From the human T2T-CHM13v2.0 reference genome, Homo sapiens, in NCBI RefSeq assembly GCF_009914755.1, contig NC_060942.1: a stretch of DNA of 64,000 bases; one strand, 5' to 3'. How positions within the stretch are numbered: the first letter of the stretch is position 1; each line of letters starts with the position of its first letter. This document shows, one piece after another, positions 60,381-64,000 of this stretch. The notes under the pieces are model-generated. The model did not search any database. It saw only the letters and a program-made list of their open reading frames with translations, and was not told the origin of the DNA. The translations under genes were made by a program, and so were the position numbers.

Positions 60381-60457
60381 TATTACATGTCTCTTATAGG
60401 GCTTATTTGCCAATGTGGTTCTATTACATGTCTCTTATGGGGCTTGTTTGCCAATGT
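60381..60457. repeat. 41-bp-period tandem duplication
   Basis: tattacatgtctcttat(a/g)gggctt(a/g)tttgccaatgt x2. Confidence 0.95.
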
Positions 60458-60498
60458 AGGAGTAAGGAACAGCAAAAATAATCAGCTGTAGTTGCCTT

Positions 60499-60740
60499 GT
60501 CCATCAGAGGGCAGTTCTGGAACATGCCTAGTAAGTAGAGGCCACTGAGCAGAGCTGGGATCATGGCCCTATGCACCAGGCGAGGCAAATTGCCACAACA
60601 AGTAGAAACAAGGTTTGCAGTAGCCCTCTGGACAGCAGAAACCTGCTTACACTACCAGACTGGCCAAGTATCCTCTGCTGCATCCCCATCCACCCCCACC
60701 GTGGCAGCCAAATGGGGGTCTTGGCCACAAGGTGGCCGTA
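60499..60740 (+). promoter_or_regulatory. Two tandem candidate CTCF sites
   Basis: CCATCAGAGGGCAG (60501) and TGGCCACAAGGTGGCCG (60722); motif only. Confidence 0.4.
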
Positions 60741-61094
60741 AGCATCTACTTGGGCCTGTAGAACGACGTCTCATTGAACTTGAAGTGGTTTATGTTGAGT
60801 GAGGAAAAATGTCAGAAGGCAACAGGGTTGTAGCAAAAGGTAGTTTAGTGATTGTCTAGTTCAGCTTCTTGGTGTTGACATAGTTGAGTAACAGCCATTT
60901 TAAAAACAAAGGAATATCTCGCCCTTTGTTGTGTCGAGAGAAACAGGGGAAAGACTGTCTGTTGAGAAGCCGTTGGTGGGACTCGGCCATTTGCCCCGTC
61001 CATAGCCAGTGAGTGTTTCCCATACACTGGCCTTCTATACTTTTATCTCAAAACAGAAAGTTCAAGATCGATGATGTCTATAGAAATCATATAC

Positions 61095-61210
61095 CTCAAG
61101 CCTTTCCTCTGATAGGTGGGAAACTGAGGCAGAGAGCAGCTGGGTTTACCCAGCAAGGTTTTGGCACGGTCAGGCCTAGGAACTTTATTTCCAGGCTTCT
61201 GGCTTAGTTC
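61095..61210 (-). mobile_element. MIR fragment
   Basis: ataggtgggaaactgaggcagagag core. Confidence 0.65.
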
Positions 61211-61843
61211 TGTTTCCATTTCATTCTGGTACCTTTGCATAAATATCTTCCATTTGTCCACAGGAAACCTCCCCTGATGGAGAGTTGCATAATAGGAACG
61301 GCAAACCTTAGACTAAATGCTAAGTCGAAGACCCAGTTGTGCCTTAGCGTATGTCTGCCATTCTTAGGCCTCTGGGCAGATGAGGTGATTTGTCATCACT
61401 GGAATTGATCAACCTGGAGGAGAGTCATAAGCACTAATTCTTTTGTGGGTAGGGAGATGCTTTTAGATATTCAGAGGAATAACCTCTCAGGAGGAGAAGC
61501 AGCCAGGGTAATGCACAGATGCTGCTGGAGCGTGAGAGAATCCACAGGTCCCATGCGTAAGACTAGAGGGGTAGGGAGGACGACTGTGGCATTTTTATAT
61601 CCGATACGACATGCCGTGGCTTGCGCAAGGTTCGAATTGAGCTGCCCTCGTGACTGCTGCCTCTGTGATCTGCTATGGCAGGTGGAGCCTGGAACAGGTG
61701 TCTGCCTTCCTCTGTTGTTATGATTTGCTAGCTTACCTTCGCGGCACAGTGACCACATGCTGGCACTGAGGGTGGTCATTTCTCAGTGTGTGATCTCGCA
61801 CCTTTCACATCCTGCTTTTACATCTGGTAAATTTTCTTCCTAG

Positions 61844-62065
<222 letters not shown>

Positions 62066-62580
62066 TAGAGCTTGGACTGCTGGGGGAGGGAAGAGGCAAA
62101 CTGAGCCAGCAGCCCCGTGGTGGCTCCTCTGTAACTGTAGCAGACAGCTAGACTTGAATGAAGTTGGTCCCTACAAAAGCACACTGGCCTTCCTTGACCA
62201 CCTCGTGAAAGTGACTTTTATTTGAGGGACTGGTCCTCCAATGCGTAAATAGAAATGGGGGGCTTCTCAGGGCAGAAACAGGCTTCAGGGATGGCTTTGC
62301 AAGATGCCACTTTCTGTTAAGAAGTCGTTTTCTCAATTTTTAAAATATATTCCAACAAATATTTTGATCTGTGTATCTTTCAACCAAAGATAACACAACA
62401 TTTGATTTATTATCTTAGGGCCACTGTTTGTATCCTGTTCAGCTTAGGAGGGAAGTAAAATAGGAATGGGTTAGTCCAAAGGAGATATAGTAAACAAACT
62501 TAAAAAAAAAAAAACAGTTATCCCCCAAAAAGGCTGATTATTTACTTCACCCCAAAAAGGAATCATTTAACTTTTTCAAA

Positions 62581-62727
62581 TTTATTTTTATTTATTTATT
62601 TATTTATTTTAAAGATGGGGTCTCACTGTGTTGCCCAGGCTGGATTCAAATTCTTGGGCTTAAGCAATCCTCCTACCTCGGCCCCTCAAAGTGCTGGGAT
62701 TACAGGCATGAGCCACCATGCCCGGCC
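62581..62727 (-). mobile_element. FLAM / Alu left monomer
   Basis: gatggggtctcactgtgttgcccaggctgg...catgcccggcc with (TTTA)n tail. Confidence 0.9.
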
Positions 62728-63404
62728 TTTTTCACATTTCTAAATGCCTTTTATTACTATTTCAAATGCCAGCAGGAATACAGAGATAAAAAAGCAAAAT
62801 CTTCAAAGCCTAGTCCAGGTCTCACTTGGCTTGTTTTAGATGTTTGCCTACAGCAGTCCAAGTGGCATTACCAGTAAAGCCACCTGGATTCCCATAATAA
62901 TGCAGATATGTAAGATACACAGATTATTTTAGAACCCCATCTTTGCCTTTGTTGTTTTGTTTTTGTTTTGTTTTGTTTTGTTTCATTTTATAAAATGATG
63001 TCTTCTAGGGAACGTGTCTACAATCTGAAATCCCATCTCATAACCTGGCTTCCCCTTGTGATGACAAATCTTAAATACTGTATATTTATAATTGGCTTAG
63101 GGGGAACTGGTAAGCCTCGAACACAGAAACATGAGCTTGGTGCCATCAGAGAGTTTGCTTTTTATATCATTTATTTTGGCCTATTGGCAGAAGAAGAAAG
63201 AGACGGACATTGTGATCACTCAGTCTCTTAGATTAGAGAGGCCAGCTAGTATTGTGGCCATAAAAAACCTACTCAGTTTTCAGAGTCAACTGTCTAGGTC
63301 TTACATTGCAATATAAATAAGATTAAGTTCTGCCTGCCTGCATGACAGCAGCATGTGCCATGGGTCACGTGGGGGGTATAATGACCTTCTGCCTCTGTTC
63401 ATAG

Positions 63405-63626
<222 letters not shown>

Positions 63627-64000
63627 TAGGTTCCATGAAAGTTCAATGAAAGTACTGTTATCTATACTTTATATAGATAACATGGTGCTTCTACTTCGAG
63701 GGATTGGGGGGCAGTTTGTGAAGAGGTCCATAAGGCTGCTCTTTTTTTTTTTTCCTAGTTTAGTTTTTTAGTAAATCGTTAAAAACTAGGTTTTGTAGGG
63801 TCATTTATATGGTCGTAAACTGAGGTATAAAGTCACCTCCAGTAGGCAGAATTTTTCAGTGTTTACCATAGATTTAAAAATCACTCTGTACTTTGCATAC
63901 TGAAAGTCACATTTCATTCACCCTCCCACCCACAAAACTAGTTTGAAGTTTAAATTTCCAGGGCCCAGCTGAGAGGCTGTAGCTGCCTGCCTTTCCACGT

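Overview
Eukaryotic (human/primate, Alu-rich) genomic DNA lying entirely inside one + strand protein-coding gene, NEDD4L (NEDD4-2, a C2-WW-HECT E3 ubiquitin ligase). Twenty consecutive GT-AG coding exons splice into one uninterrupted frame from just after WW1, through WW2-WW4, to most of the HECT domain. From memory these are about exons 10-29 of the long isoform. The C2 domain, WW1, the catalytic Cys and the stop codon lie outside the window. Introns hold about 19 Alu/FLAM elements, MIR, L2, old L1M, a young twin-primed L1PA, DNA-transposon relics and several short tandem duplications. Almost all ORFs in the supplied track are spurious (Alu or intronic). I found no new gene system. The most interesting observations are: a block of seven symmetric phase-0 exons that distributes the SGK1/14-3-3 phospho-motifs one per exon; signs that two of those exons are ancient duplicates; inverted Alus that could circularise a stop-free WW2-WW3 unit; candidate poison exons; a perfect steroid-response palindrome; CTCF-like motifs; and unusual composite retroelements. 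Exon and residue numbering is recalled, not computed against a database.
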